Below, piece after piece: positions 35,887 to 48,646 of a stretch of 64,000 bases of DNA. The first letter of the stretch is position 1. The number at the start of each line of letters is the position of its first letter. This DNA is from Dictyostelium discoideum (taxonomy: Eukaryota), in the NCBI GenBank assembly GCA_000004695.1, contig CM000154.2:256001-320000 (forward strand), written 5' to 3'. The notes under the pieces are model-generated. The model saw nothing but the letters and a program-made list of their open reading frames with translations, had not been told where the DNA came from and ran no database searches. The position numbers and the translations under genes were made by a program.

Positions 35887-36796
35887 TATTTATATATTAT
35901 TTTATTTTATTTTTTTATTTTTATTTTTTTTTTTTTTTCCCAAAGAATAACAAGGAAAAAAAAAAAAAATAAATAAAGGAGTGTTGATTGTATAGTAAAA
36001 TTTGATAACAGTTGTTTTTTAATGATAGAAAATTAAGACTAAAGGATACCAAATAAAAAAAATAAACAAAAAAAAAAAAAAAAAAAAAAAGAAAAAAGTA
36101 GAAAAATTAAAAATAGAAAAGAAAAGAAAAAAAAAAAAAAAAAAAAAAAAATTGTATATTAATTATAAACCACACCAGTGTGTGTGAAAATTTTAAGTTG
36201 TTTTTTGTTGTTATTTTAAAGGAAAACATCTACTGTGTTAATTATAATAAAAAAATGTTTTAAAATAAATTTTTAAAATATAAATAAATTATCAGGTTAA
36301 AAAAAAAAAAAAAAAAAAACCCAACCAAACAAATATTGGTGGTTTGTTGCACCATCGACGTTCAAAATCATCGATAAGTTTCAAGTGCGATTGTCGCAAG
36401 ATTAGGTCTGAATTCCCACTTCAGATTTTTTGTTTTTACACTCGATAACTTTTTTTTATTTTTTTTTTTTTTTTTTAATATACTTTTTTTTTTTTAATAT
36501 TTTTTTAATTTTTTTAATTTTTGTTTAATTTTTTTTTTTTTTAAAAATATTTATTTATAACTTTTTTTGTTTTCACCCACACCCAAAATAACCTATTTCC
36601 GTAATTTAAAATTACAACATTCATTAATTTTTTTTTTTTTTTAATTATTTTTAATTTTAATTTTAATTTTTATTTTTTATCACTTCCAAAAAAAAAAAAA
36701 AAATAAACAAAAAAAATTTAAAAATTAATAAATTAATAAATATATATAAAAATAAATAAGCAAATAAAATTAAATAAAATAAAATAAAAAAAATAA

Positions 36797-38152
36797 ATGA
36801 TCAATAATATAATAAAAAAATTAAAAATAATAAAAATAATAATAATTTTAATATTTTTAATAAATTTTATAAAATGCGAAGATATAAATATTAATACTAA
36901 TAATACTAATACTAATAATACTAATAATAATAATACTAATAATAATAATACAATAATAATAAATGATGGACCATTATGTCCAAGTAAACCATTATGTCCA
37001 TGCATTTGTGAAGAATGTGGACCACCAATTGGTAGAAAAAATTCAAAACAAATTTTTATATATGTAGCAGGTAATAAACAATCAAATTATACATATTTTG
37101 AAAAGGATCCATCAGTTAAGTGGGAAGAAATCGATACATTGGCATTGTATTCTAATAAATTCGATAAGAGGATAACATGTCTAGCACATAGAAATAATGT
37201 GAAGGTTGTATTTACAATTGAAGAGGGTAGCGTTTTCGATGATTTTAAATATTTGAAAGTCAATGGCAACTATTGGGATGGCTATATAAACACAACTAGA
37301 TTGGTTAACACTCTTTTAGAAAACAATGTCGATGGCTATAGCCTAGATTTCGAATATGGTAATAGACACGGCAAAGATTTAGAATTTTCAAATACTTTGA
37401 AAACACTATACACAAAATTAAAATCCGTCAATGAAAACTACCAACTAACATCAGCATTCAGCGGCTACTATAGCGACGTATTGAAAAACCAAATTCAATT
37501 GGTTGCTGATAATTTAGATTATATAATTATTATGGGCTATGATTTTATAAATACTAAAATTGGTACCAATATAACTAATAGTGCCAATTCACCTATTGGG
37601 TTGAGGAAAATAGTTAAGAGTTGGTGGATGGACCCGTTAGAAAAAAAAGATAGTGCTAAGATTGTTCTGGCCGTTCCGTGGTATGGGCAGATTGCAAAAT
37701 GTGATTTGACGTATGAACAGAGGGCAAATGCGGCTACGATTTTCCAAGCAGATTGTATTATTGATAATCGTACGAGTGTTGTACAAAAACCAATTAGAGA
37801 AATACTTGCGTTGTTAAATAATGATTATTTAATATTTGATATTAATAATAATAATGAAAATATTATTAATAATAAAATAATAAATAATACAATTAAATAT
37901 TCATCTGGTATACTTTGGACTAGTAATACTCAAACTGTGTTTTCAAGATATCGTGATACAAATGGTGATATCTATCAATTCAATTATGATTCTCCATTTT
38001 CAATTTACTCAAAATTAAGATCACTTGGTATTGGTGGTGCTGGCGTTTGGAGTTTAGATAAAATTATTGGTTTACCAAAACCAATTATTGATGCATTTTA
38101 TTTCGCATTTAGTAGACAAGTTATTGGTGATACTTATATTGAAATTAATTAA
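36797..38152 (+). CDS. Secreted GH18 family protein (chitinase / di-N-acetylchitobiase-like), catalytic Glu retained
   Basis: 451-aa ORF with a signal peptide and a Thr/Asn-rich stretch. NVDGYSLDFEY fits the DGxxxDxE GH18 active-site motif, and IIMGYDF, AVPWYGQ and GAGVWSLD are further GH18 landmarks. It is divergently oriented to the paralogue at 34618..35886. Confidence 0.65.
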   Translation: MINNIIKKLKIIKIIIILIFLINFIKCEDININTNNTNTNNTNNNNTNNNNTIIINDGPLCPSKPLCPCICEECGPPIGRKNSKQIFIYVAGNKQSNYTYFEKDPSVKWEEIDTLALYSNKFDKRITCLAHRNNVKVVFTIEEGSVFDDFKYLKVNGNYWDGYINTTRLVNTLLENNVDGYSLDFEYGNRHGKDLEFSNTLKTLYTKLKSVNENYQLTSAFSGYYSDVLKNQIQLVADNLDYIIIMGYDFINTKIGTNITNSANSPIGLRKIVKSWWMDPLEKKDSAKIVLAVPWYGQIAKCDLTYEQRANAATIFQADCIIDNRTSVVQKPIREILALLNNDYLIFDINNNNENIINNKIINNTIKYSSGILWTSNTQTVFSRYRDTNGDIYQFNYDSPFSIYSKLRSLGIGGAGVWSLDKIIGLPKPIIDAFYFAFSRQVIGDTYIEIN

Positions 38153-38517
38153 AAATTAATAATAAAAAAAAAAAAAAAAATTTTGTACAAATAAAATTTA
38201 ATTTTTTTTTTTATTTTTTTTTTTCATATAAAAAAAACACAATCTATATATGAAAAATAAATTGATTTATTTTATATTAAATTATTAAAATTTGAAAATT
38301 TCTTATTTTATAATTGATTTAATCAATTTTTTATAATAGAGTGCAAAAAAAATATTAAAAAATAAGTAATTGCCTAATTAATATATAATAAAATTTAAAT
38401 ATTTTTTTTTTTTTTATTTAATATTTAAATTTGTTTCTTTTTCATTTAAATAATAAAAAATTAATTTTATTTTAATATTTTTTATTTAAATTTTAATATT
38501 TTAAATTATAAAATAAT

Positions 38518-38556
<39 letters not shown>

Positions 38557-38647
38557 GGAAATTAAAAAATAAAAAAATAAAAAATTGTTTATAGAAAAAA
38601 AAAAAAATGGTGGAAATTGATATTTTACAATTAATTTAAAATTATAA

Positions 38648-39029
38648 TTATTTTTTTATACTAAAATATATTATAAATATAAGTCCAACCAATGAAAACA
38701 CTCCTAAAACTAATGCCAATACTATCATAGTTGGTGATTTTAAAAATTTTGGATTTAATTCTACAAGTTCGAATTTCTTTTTTTTTTTATTTTAAAAAAT
38801 TAATAAAGAATTACCTTTTCGTTATTTTATTTTTTATTTTTTTTTTTTTAATTATTAAATAAATAAAATAATTAAAAAATTAATAAAGAATTACCTTTTC
38901 GTTTTGTATATTAATTATATGTTCATTTATATTGCCATTATTATTATTATTAATAATATTATTACTGTTATCGATTTCGTCAGTAATTATACTCTCTATT
39001 TCTTTTATATTTTTATTTTCTATTTCCAT
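38648..39029 (-). CDS. Small (88 aa) tail-anchored membrane protein. 2 exons: 38895..39029, 38648..38776
   Basis: ATG at 39027-39029 opens MEIENKNIKEIESIITDEIDNSNNIINNNNNGNINEHIINIQNEK. A GTAATT donor and an aaag acceptor at 38777-38778 join in phase 0 to KFELVELNPKFLKSPTMIVLALVLGVFSLVGLIFIIYFSIKK*. A single C-terminal TM helix is predicted. Confidence 0.35.
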
Positions 39030-39391
39030 CAAATTTACACCTTTTTTTTTATTAAAAAAAAATTTTATGATTATTAATTATTTTTTTTTTTTTTTTAATT
39101 TTTTAACATAAATATTAAAATTAAAAAATATTATAAAATATTAATCAGAAAAAAGAAATAAAAAAAATAATAAAGGATGTATAAAAAAGTCTAAAATTAG
39201 AATATTTTAAACCCTGGATTCATTTTTTTTTTTGTTAATTAAAAAAAAAAAAAAAAAATCTCTAATTAAGATTTGATCAAAAAAGAAATATGTTTTTTGA
39301 TTAAGATTTAATTAAAAAAAAAAAAGAAATATGTTTTTTTTTATTGTTTTTTTTTTTTTTTTTTTTAATTAATAAATTTAAATTATTTATT

Positions 39392-41778
39392 TTATTTCTT
39401 TGATTGTTTTTCTTGTTTTTTTGCAGTTGGTTTTGGATTGACTGGAGCAGCAACTTTTTCAACTTTTTTGAATGGATAAAGAGCAGCACCAGCTGGTTTA
39501 ATTGGACCAGATGGAATATAGATTAAAATGTATGGTTTAACACCATCACCAACTTGATCAACATTAAAGAAACCTCTTCTCTCAAATTGAATTTTATCGT
39601 TAAGTTTGAGAGTAAGGATATTTTCATCAGTGAAAGCTTCAATTTCAAATTTGGAGTTTTTATTGGTGAAAGTATCGAGATCATCACCATCTTCTAATTT
39701 TGGTTTAGTGATGATATAATCGTAATCTTGGAGGACAACTGTGACAGTGTCAGCACAATCAGATGATAACCAACTGAGTTTTTTATCGGTCTTCTTTACA
39801 TCACCTTCCAAGTGGAGTTTACCAGTCATGGATACAACATCACCATTTTCGTTACGTTGTAAAGTTTCAACGATGGCATTACCCCAATTCATGAGAGTAA
39901 CTTCTTCACCCTCTTTAATTTGATTACAATCATCACCTTCAAGGAGGAGATTATTACTGAATGTAACTTTTTTAGTACCCATTGATGGGTCCTTTGCATA
40001 TTTGAGACAATCCTTGACCTCTGGTAAGGTTGGACCATTGGAAAGAGTGAATTTAACGGCGGTTGCTTTAGCGATAGCGGTATAACGTGGACAAGTTGGT
40101 TCGAGTACAGCTTTGTTTCCAACGAATAATTTACCCAAATCTAAAGTGGTATTTGCTGCAGAAGCACCTTGTGAAAGGATGAATTCTTTCAAGGCTGCAA
40201 CGGTGAGACCACGACGAGTAATACCTTGAAGAGTTGGTAAACGTGGATCAGTCCAACCACTAACGAGACCAGTGTCTACAAAATGTTGAAGTTTTCTCTT
40301 TGACAATAAAACATTGAAGAAACTTAAACGACTGTAATCGGAAATGTATGGTTTATTTTCGAGATGTAAGATTTCGAGGTAATGATTGTAGAGGTTTCTC
40401 TTGTTATTGTATTCATTGGAACGAAGTGCATGGGTTATACCTTCGACTGAATCAACGATTGGACATGCAAAATCGTATAATGGATAAACCTTGTATTTAT
40501 CACCGGTACGATGATGTGGGGTTGAATTACAACGATAGATAGCTGGATCTCTGAATGCCTTATCAATATGAGCCATATCTAATTTAGCACGTAATACACA
40601 TTTTACACCTTGTTCAGTGGCTTTCTTCATTTCATCAAACATTTCCAAATTCTTTTCGACACTATTGTTACGATGAACACTTTCAATGGCATTATCACGT
40701 TCTTCAGACATTTTAACTTGTGGAGTATCATCACAATAGGCAATACCTTCTTTAATCATTTGAATTGCATAATCGTGAATTAAATCAAAGTAATCGGATG
40801 TATGTGTGATCTTTTCATATTTAATACCCAAGTTATTGATATCCTTGATGATGTTTTCGACGTATTCCTCCTTTTCTTTGGATGGATTGGTATCATCGAA
40901 ACGAATGATGATCTTACCATTGTATTTCTCTGCGTAGTAATTGTTGATGATTGCTGCTTTGCAATGACCAATATGCATATAACCTGATGGTTCTGGTGGG
41001 AAACGAGTTACAACTTTACCCTCAACTAATCCTGGTAAATTTAATGCTTCAAAATTACCAACCCATCCCATTGCTCCCTTTTGTGGTGCTACTTTTTCTG
41101 TGGTTGCTGCTGTACCTTCTGCACCTGCTTTACCACTTGCTTTGGTCTCTTTCTTACCATTGAAAGCATTATCGGCTTCAACAAATGATTCTAATTGACT
41201 TAAATATCCATACCATCTATTTAAATGTGGGATGGTTTTACCTAATTTGTTAATCTCCTCTTGAATTTCCTTTACCATCTTAATACGTGCAAATAAAACA
41301 ATATCTGCTAATGTTAAATTAAATCCAATTAAAAATGCTCTTAATGTTAAATATTCATTCATTTCTTTTAAAAATTCATTGAATTTCTCTGATTTTAAAT
41401 GAGCAAATTTATCAATAAATTCATCAATCTATAAACAAAAAAATTTATTAATATTTTAACAAAAAAAATAAAAGATTGATAGGTGTGGTAATAACAATAA
41501 AATTATTTATTATTATTTACCTTTGAAGCTGATAAAGCATTTTCACCATATAATGAAAGAGATGGTGTAGTTCTTGCTAAATATTTTGCAATGACATATG
41601 AACCTTTGAGTGAATCTTGAGTACCGACAATCGAGAATTCGGTGGAATCTAAACCTTTTCTACCAACGATTTTAACACCACCAACAACTTTTGATGTGAT
41701 AATAGCAACTAATGGAAATGTTGCTGCTAATGGTGTATCATCAAATCTTAAGATACCTGTATCTTTAGCTTTTGACAT
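39392..41778 (-). CDS. gluS: Glutamate--tRNA ligase, cytoplasmic (class I GluRS with an N-terminal GST-like domain). 2 exons: 41521..41778, 39392..41428
   Basis: HIGH motif RFPPEPSGYMHIGHCKAAIINNYYAEKYNGKIIIRFDDTNPSKE is almost identical to the eukaryotic GluRS core. KMSKS-like VLSKRKL is present. The N-terminus (exon 1 plus the start of exon 2) is GST-C-like. A GTAAAT donor lies after 41521 and a tttatag acceptor before 41428, in phase 0. The C-terminus is Lys-rich. Confidence 0.8.
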
Positions 41779-42637
41779 TTTTTTTATATTTATAAATTAT
41801 AACTTCAAAAAAATAAAAAAATGAAAAAGTAAAATAAAAAAAAAAAATGAAAAAAAAAGTGAAAAAAAAAAAAAAAAAAAAAAAAAAAATGAAAATATAT
41901 TTTTTATAAAAATAAAATAAAAATAAAATAAAATAAAGGAAATTGAGAAAATTATAATAAACTCTATTTAATCGGATTGTAAAAATTTCTTATATTTTAT
42001 TCCATTTTTATTTTATTTTTTTTAAAAAAAAAAATATCAAAATTTCTTATATTTTATTCCATTTTTATTTTATTTTATTTTTTTTTTTTAGAACTTGGTT
42101 GTTAATACCTAAAAAAAAAAAAATTGATTGGTAAAAAAAAAAAAAAAAAAAAAATTTCTTTTTTCTTTTTCTTTTTTTTTTTTTTATTTAAAATTATTTA
42201 ATAAATTTAATATTTTAAGAAAATATTAATAAATAAATAAAAAAAAAATTTAAAAAAAAAAAAAATAAAAAAAAAAAAAAAAAAAAATAAAAATGATAAT
42301 TAAATCTAAAATCGAATTAAACTAATATTTTTGCCAGCCTAAACTTTTTTTTTTTTTTTTTTATTTTTAAAAAAAAAAAATAAAATACTTATTTTTTTTT
42401 TTTTTTTTTTATAATTTTTAAATAAATATTACATCCAGTGTTAGTTATACTTACAAAAAAAAAATAAAAAAAAAATCGAAATTAAATAAAAAAAAAAAAT
42501 TAAATTTAAAATTTTAAATTTCTGATTTGTTCATTTTCTTATTGAAACCCACCTTTCCCAATTTTTTAAACGTCCTGGTGATATGTTGATATCATATTTT
42601 CGCTCACAATAAAAAAAAAAAAATTGAATTTTTTTTC

Positions 42638-42673
<36 letters not shown>

Positions 42674-42747
42674 TTCGACTGATTTTTTTTTTTTTTTTTT
42701 TTTTTAAATTTCATTTTTTTTATTTTGTATTATATATTTAAATAATA

Positions 42748-44499
42748 ATGCAATCACTTGCACGTTTATCTCGTACCTCTTTGGTTCAAAAGGGTCTTGT
42801 TCCACAAACCATTAAAAACTATTCATCAGTTTCACAGTATGTAATAATTTTTTAAAAATAAAATAAAATAAAAAAAAAAAAAAAAAAAAACTTAATTAAA
42901 AAATTTGATCATCAAATTATTTGATTAGTTTTTTTTTTTTTATTATTTTTATTTTTATGATATTTTCTTTTTTTTTTTTTTTTTTTTAAAAACTAAAAAA
43001 TAAAGAAAAAAAAAAAAAGAATATTTTTTACTAACTAAATATTATTATTATTATTATTTTTTTTATTTTATTAATATAGAGCTGAAATTGATAATGAACC
43101 AAGATTTTTAGAATGTTTCAAAACTTTCTTTGATAAAGCAGCTGGTTTAACCAATTTAAAACCAGGTGTTTTAAATAATATGAAAGAATGTAATGTTGCT
43201 CTCCGTGTTGAATTCCCAATCAAGAATGAACATGGTGATGTTGATATTATTGCAGGTTATCGTGCACAACATTCACACCATCGTTTACCATGCAAAGGTG
43301 GTATTCGTTTCAGTGAAGAAGTAGATCTCCAAGAAGTTATGGCCTTAGCTTCATTGATGACTTATAAATGTGCTGTCGTCGATGTTCCATTTGGTGGTGC
43401 TAAAGGTGGTGTCCGTATCGACCCAAAGAAATACACTGTCGCCCAACGTGAAAAGATCACTCGTGCCTACACTCTCCTCTTATGTCAAAAGAATTTCATC
43501 GGACCAGGTGTCGATGTACCAGCTCCAGATATGGGTACAGGTGAACAAGAAATGGCATGGATTCGTGATACCTATCAAGCTTTCAACACCAACGATGTTG
43601 ATTCAATGGCTTGTGTCACTGGTAAACCAATCTCATCAGGTGGTATTCGTGGTCGTACCGAAGCTACTGGTCTCGGTGTTTTCTATGGTATCCGTGAATT
43701 CCTTTCCTACGAAGAAGTCTTAAAGAAGACTGGTTTAACTCCAGGTATCAAAGGTAAATCCATTGTTATCCAAGGTTTTGGTAATGTAGGTTACTTTGCC
43801 GCCAAATTCTTTGAACAAGCTGGTGCTAAAGTTATTGCCGTCGCCGAACACAATGGTGCCGTCTACAACGCCGATGGTCTCAACATTGATGCCCTCAACA
43901 AATATAAACTCCAACACGGTACTTTCATTGATTTCCCAGGTGCCACCAACATTGTCGACTCTGTCAAAGCCTTAGAGATCCCATGTGATATCTTAATCCC
44001 AGCTGCCCTCGAAAAACAAATCCACATTGGTAACGTCGCCGATATTCAAGCTAAATTAATTGGTGAAGCTGCCAACGGTCCAATGACCCCACGTGCTGAC
44101 CAAATCCTCCTCAATAGAGGTCATGTCATCATTCCAGATCTCCTCTTAAATGCTGGTGGTGTCACTGTATCATACTTTGAATGGTTAAAGAATCTTTCTC
44201 ACGTTCGTTTCGGTCGTTTGAACAAGAAATGGGAAGAATCCTCAAAGAAATTATTATTAGAATTTGTTGAATCAACCGTCAACAAGAAATTATCAGAAGC
44301 TGAAAGAAGCTTAATCATCCATGGTGCTGATGAAATCGATATCGTTCGTTCAGGTCTCGAAGATACCATGCAAAATGCTTGTGCTGAAACCAGAAAGACT
44401 GCAAATGAAAAGAACACTGATTACCGTTCTGCCGCTTTATACAATGCTATCATGAAGATTAAAGCTGTCTATGAATCATCTGGTAATGTCTTCTCTTAA
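42748..44499 (+). CDS. glud1: Glutamate dehydrogenase, mitochondrial (GDH). 2 exons: 42748..42836, 43080..44499
   Basis: Exon 1 (MQSLARLSRTSLVQKGLVPQTIKNYSSVSQ) is a mitochondrial presequence ending at a GTATGT donor. The acceptor atatag at 43079 joins in phase 2+1. Exon 2 contains GYRAQHSHHRLPCKGGIRFSEEVDLQEVMALASLMTYKCAVVDVPFGGAKGGVRIDPKKYT, nearly identical to animal GDH1, and the NAD(P)-binding GFGNVG. Confidence 0.85.
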
Positions 44500-44792
44500 A
44501 TATTTTAAAAAAACCCTTTTAAGTTACGCAAAAAAAAAAAAAAAAAAAAATCCAATACAAGTTATATTAAAATAAAATGAAAATAATAGATTTAATATTG
44601 TAAAAAAAAAAAAAAAAAAATCATCAAAATCAAATAATTTTGTTTAATTTTAAATTTTCTTTTTATTATTCTTCCTTAATCTATTTTTAATTTTATTATT
44701 TTTATTTTTTTATTTTTTAATATCAGCTAATCATTTCTGATATTGATTAATTTAATTAAAAAAATTGTTTTTTTTTTATTTATTTCTTAAAA

Positions 44793-46173
44793 TTAAAAAG
44801 TAATTACAAAAACAAAAAATAAAATAATGAATAGATAACCAGTTATTGATTGAGTTATTTTAAATGATGAGTTACAAAATAAATTTCTTTCAAATGCAAA
44901 TTTCCCACAATCATCACTTTCTTTAATATTGTAATCATTAATATTTTCGCACATTATTTTTCTACAATTTTTTGAAAGACAGGATTGTGATGATAATTTA
45001 TTATCTACTAATGAGCACTTATTGTCGTATGCACAGATTTCCAATTCGTCCGAATATATCAATTTCATTGTTTTTAGTGGGGAAATTGATTGATAACATT
45101 CATTATCTGAACAACTACATCTTTCAAAGTCTAAACACTCGTTAAATGTGGCATTTGGATTACATGATCTTAGGCTTGGTTCTACGTATTCAATACAAAT
45201 ATCTTTTGAGCACTAAAATAATTATAATAATAATAATAATAATAATGATAATAATAGTAATAATAAAAAGTTAAATATATTTTCATAATAATATTTTTAC
45301 TTTTTTTACAGACTACCTACATATAGTCCTTTATTGTAATCACAAAAATTGTAAGTAGCAGAACAATCAGCACCTAATCCAAGAGGTTGTTTTTTAGTAC
45401 AAACACTATTGTTACAATCCAATCTACCTAAACAATCGTCTGGAGAAGTGCACGATTCACCCTCTAATTTTATATTTTCACAAGAACAGTTTGAATTTGT
45501 TGAACATAAACAAAATTCATTATATTTGCAATTTGCATTTATTTTATTCCATCCATCACAGTTTTCAGAAGGTTTCAATGTGCATACATCATTAATACAA
45601 GCAAGTTTATTAGTTGAACAATCAGAATCTAATTTACAATCTTCACCTAATGTTGCAAACCCATAGTCTAAACATCTGTAAACATTTTCTTTATCCAAAA
45701 GACATAAAGTACCTAAAAAAATTGGTTATATTAATTTAATTACCCTTTTTGAATCCATTTTAGGTAATTATTATTTGAAAAAACAATAACTTACCAGCAA
45801 TACATAATTTTTCACCAACTTTACATTCATCACCCTGTCTCAAGTATTTATTGCATTTCCCAGTTTGATTTGATGTGAGAGAAGAGTTATAAAGGCAAGT
45901 TGTATCATAGCTACATTTTCCTTTATTAGTTCCACACTTATATTTTAACAGTTATTATTATTATTATTATTTTTTATACAAAAATAAAATATTTAATATC
46001 TTTTTTTTCTATTTATTTTATTTATTCAATTATTTTATTTGTTTATTTTATTTTATTTTAAAATTATTTGATCCACTTACAATATCATTTTCTTTTAAAC
46101 AATTTGGACAACTACTATCTACAACACTGTAAAATAATACTAAAAAAAATAGCAGAACCAAGTTTATTTTCAT
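44793..46173 (-). CDS. Cys-rich secreted protein with a GPI-anchor-like tail, array member 1 (about 349 aa). 4 exons: 46081..46173, 45795..45936, 45321..45712, 44793..45212
   Basis: All junctions are phase-checked: signal-peptide exon (MKINLVLLFFLVLFYSVVDSSCPNCLKENDI, GTAAGT donor), a Cys-rich exon 2, exon 3 (ORF 45306..45698, about 24 Cys), and exon 4 (ORF 44793..45068 extended to the acceptor at 45213) ending in the hydrophobic tail GYLFIILFFVFVITF*. Confidence 0.6.
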
Positions 46174-46539
46174 TTTTTATGTTTTCTTTTTTTTTTTAAA
46201 AAAAAAAAAAAAAATATTGATCTATTTTTAAAATTTTTTTTTTTAACCACCTTTCCTCTTTTTTCAAAGAAACAACATATCTTACTTTTTCAAATTTTTT
46301 AAACGCCCCATAAAAATAAAAACAAAAAAAAATAATTTTATTGGTAGATATTTTTAATTATTTGAAAAAGGTTTTTAAGAAATCAAAAAAAAAAAAAAAA
46401 AAAAAATAAAAAAAAAAAAAAAAAAAAAATAAAATAAAATACAAAATATTATTATTTTAATTTATTCATTTTAATTTTTTTTACTAGTAATAAAAGTAAT
46501 CACAAAAACAAAAAATAAAATAAAGAATAAAGAAGTTAT

Positions 46540-46917
46540 TGGCTGGGTGAGTTTAAATGAAGAATTACAATATAAATTTCTATAAAATACATCCTTTCCA
46601 CAATCATCACTTTCTTGAATACCTTAACTATAAACTAACGTACTACACACTGTTCTTCTGCAATTTCTAACAACACAGGAATTTACACCTAAATTGTAAC
46701 CATCCAATGAGCACTTATTATCAAATGTACACTTATCCAAATCGTCAGAATAATAATATTTTCCCATTTTTGGTGGGGATAGTTCATAGAACATTTTCCA
46801 TTTGAAAAATTACAAGTTTGAAGGGATGGGCATTGATCAAAAGTAGAATTAGGATTACATGATTTTGTTCTTGGTCTACATATTCAATACAAATATCATC
46901 TGAGCACTAAAATAATA

Positions 46918-46962
<45 letters not shown>

Positions 46963-47975
46963 AGGTTAATAATATTTTAATTAAAAAAAGTGTCTTATTT
47001 TTGGTGACTCGAAAAATTAAAAAAAACAAAAAAAAGAAAAAATTTAGATATTTATTTTCTTAAAATAAATTATTCTTCAGAATGCGAGTGGTGTGCAGGC
47101 AACGTGGTTTTTTTTCCAATTATTTGATTAGTTTTTATTTTTTACCTTTTTTTTTTATTTATAACACTCGTTCTGATTTTATTATTATTAAAAAAAAAAA
47201 AATATAAAAGTTAATAATATTTTAATTTTTTTAATTTTATTATTATTACTTACATATAATCCTTTATTGTAATCACAATTATTAATAGAGCAATCAGCAC
47301 CTAATCCAACTAGTTTTGGTTTAAAGCAAAAACCATTTTTACATGACATTTGACCAAAACACTGGCCTAAGGAAGTGCACGATTCATCCTTAAATTTTAT
47401 TTTTTTACAAGAATCATCTACACGATATTCATCATAATTGCAATTGGAATTCCGTCCATCATAATTTTCAGAAGGTTTCAATCTACATACCTTTTTAATA
47501 CAATCAGGTTGATTAGTTGCACAATCTGTATCTAATTCGCAATATTACCCTAAAGTTGCGAATTTATAGTATAAACATCTGTAAACATCATTTCTATACA
47601 AAAGACATGAAGTGCCTGACAAAAATTGATATTTTATTAATATAATTATATGTATATATTTAATAATATTACTATTCTATATTTCTTTAATTTAACTTAA
47701 AAATGTTTATATTTAAAACTTACCTTCTACACATAAATCATCTAAATTACCAAATCCACATTCATAACATGTTTCAAGTATTTTCTACATTTCCTAATTT
47801 GATTTGATGGTAAAGAAGAGTTTATTAATTTTTTATTTTTTATTTTTTTAATAAATCTTGTTTTATTTTTATGATTTACATACAATATCATTTTCTTTCA
47901 AATTGGACAACTACTATTTACAACACTGTAAAAAAATAATATAAAAATAAATACCGGAATTAAGTTTCATTTCAT
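46540..47975 (-). pseudogene. Array member 2, degenerate copy
   Basis: Exon-4-like sequence at 46545..46900 has stops and frameshifts. The exon-3-like ORF 47188..47481 is truncated. The exon-1-like region at 47880..47975 reads MK* (stop at codon 3). Confidence 0.5.
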
Positions 47976-48507
47976 TTTAGGTTTTGAATAATAAAAAAAA
48001 AAAAAAAAAAATTCTTTTTTTTATACAAAACTTTCTTACTCTTTAAAATTTTTAAGCCATCGCTAAATTAATAAAAAATATAAAAATAGATAGCAATAAT
48101 AGTTTTTCTTACTTAAACTTTATTTTTTAGGAATATTATATCTTTTTTTTTTTTTAAAAATACAATCATTCACCTTTAAAAAAAAATAACTTATTCCCTA
48201 GAAAGCAAGAATAATATTATTCAATTTTTATATCAAAATTTTAAAAAACACAAACATTTACTTTCAAAAAAAGGGTTTGAATTTATTTTTTGATAAAGTA
48301 GTTAAAAAAAAAAAAAATTTAAACATTTTTCAATTAACTATTAATTACAACACAAAAAAAATAATTGCAAGCTAAAATTAGATTTTTTTTTTTTTAAATC
48401 TTATTTTTTATATTTTATTTTTTTCTGATTTTTAAAGGCCCCTTAAAAATTGAAAAAAAAAAAAATTGGTAGGTTTTTATAATTATTTTAAAGGGGTTTT
48501 AAGAATT

Positions 48508-48553
<46 letters not shown>

Positions 48554-48646
48554 AAAAAAGTTTTAGTCAATTTATTACTAGGAAAAATATTTATTTGTTT
48601 ATTTTATATATTGTTTGTTATTTTATTACTGGAAATAAAATTAAAT

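Noticed and set aside
39392-44499. Possible functional glutamate cluster (GluRS next to glutamate dehydrogenase)
   Set aside because: Eukaryotic genes are not operonic; the genes are convergent or unrelated in regulation and the adjacency is most likely coincidental.
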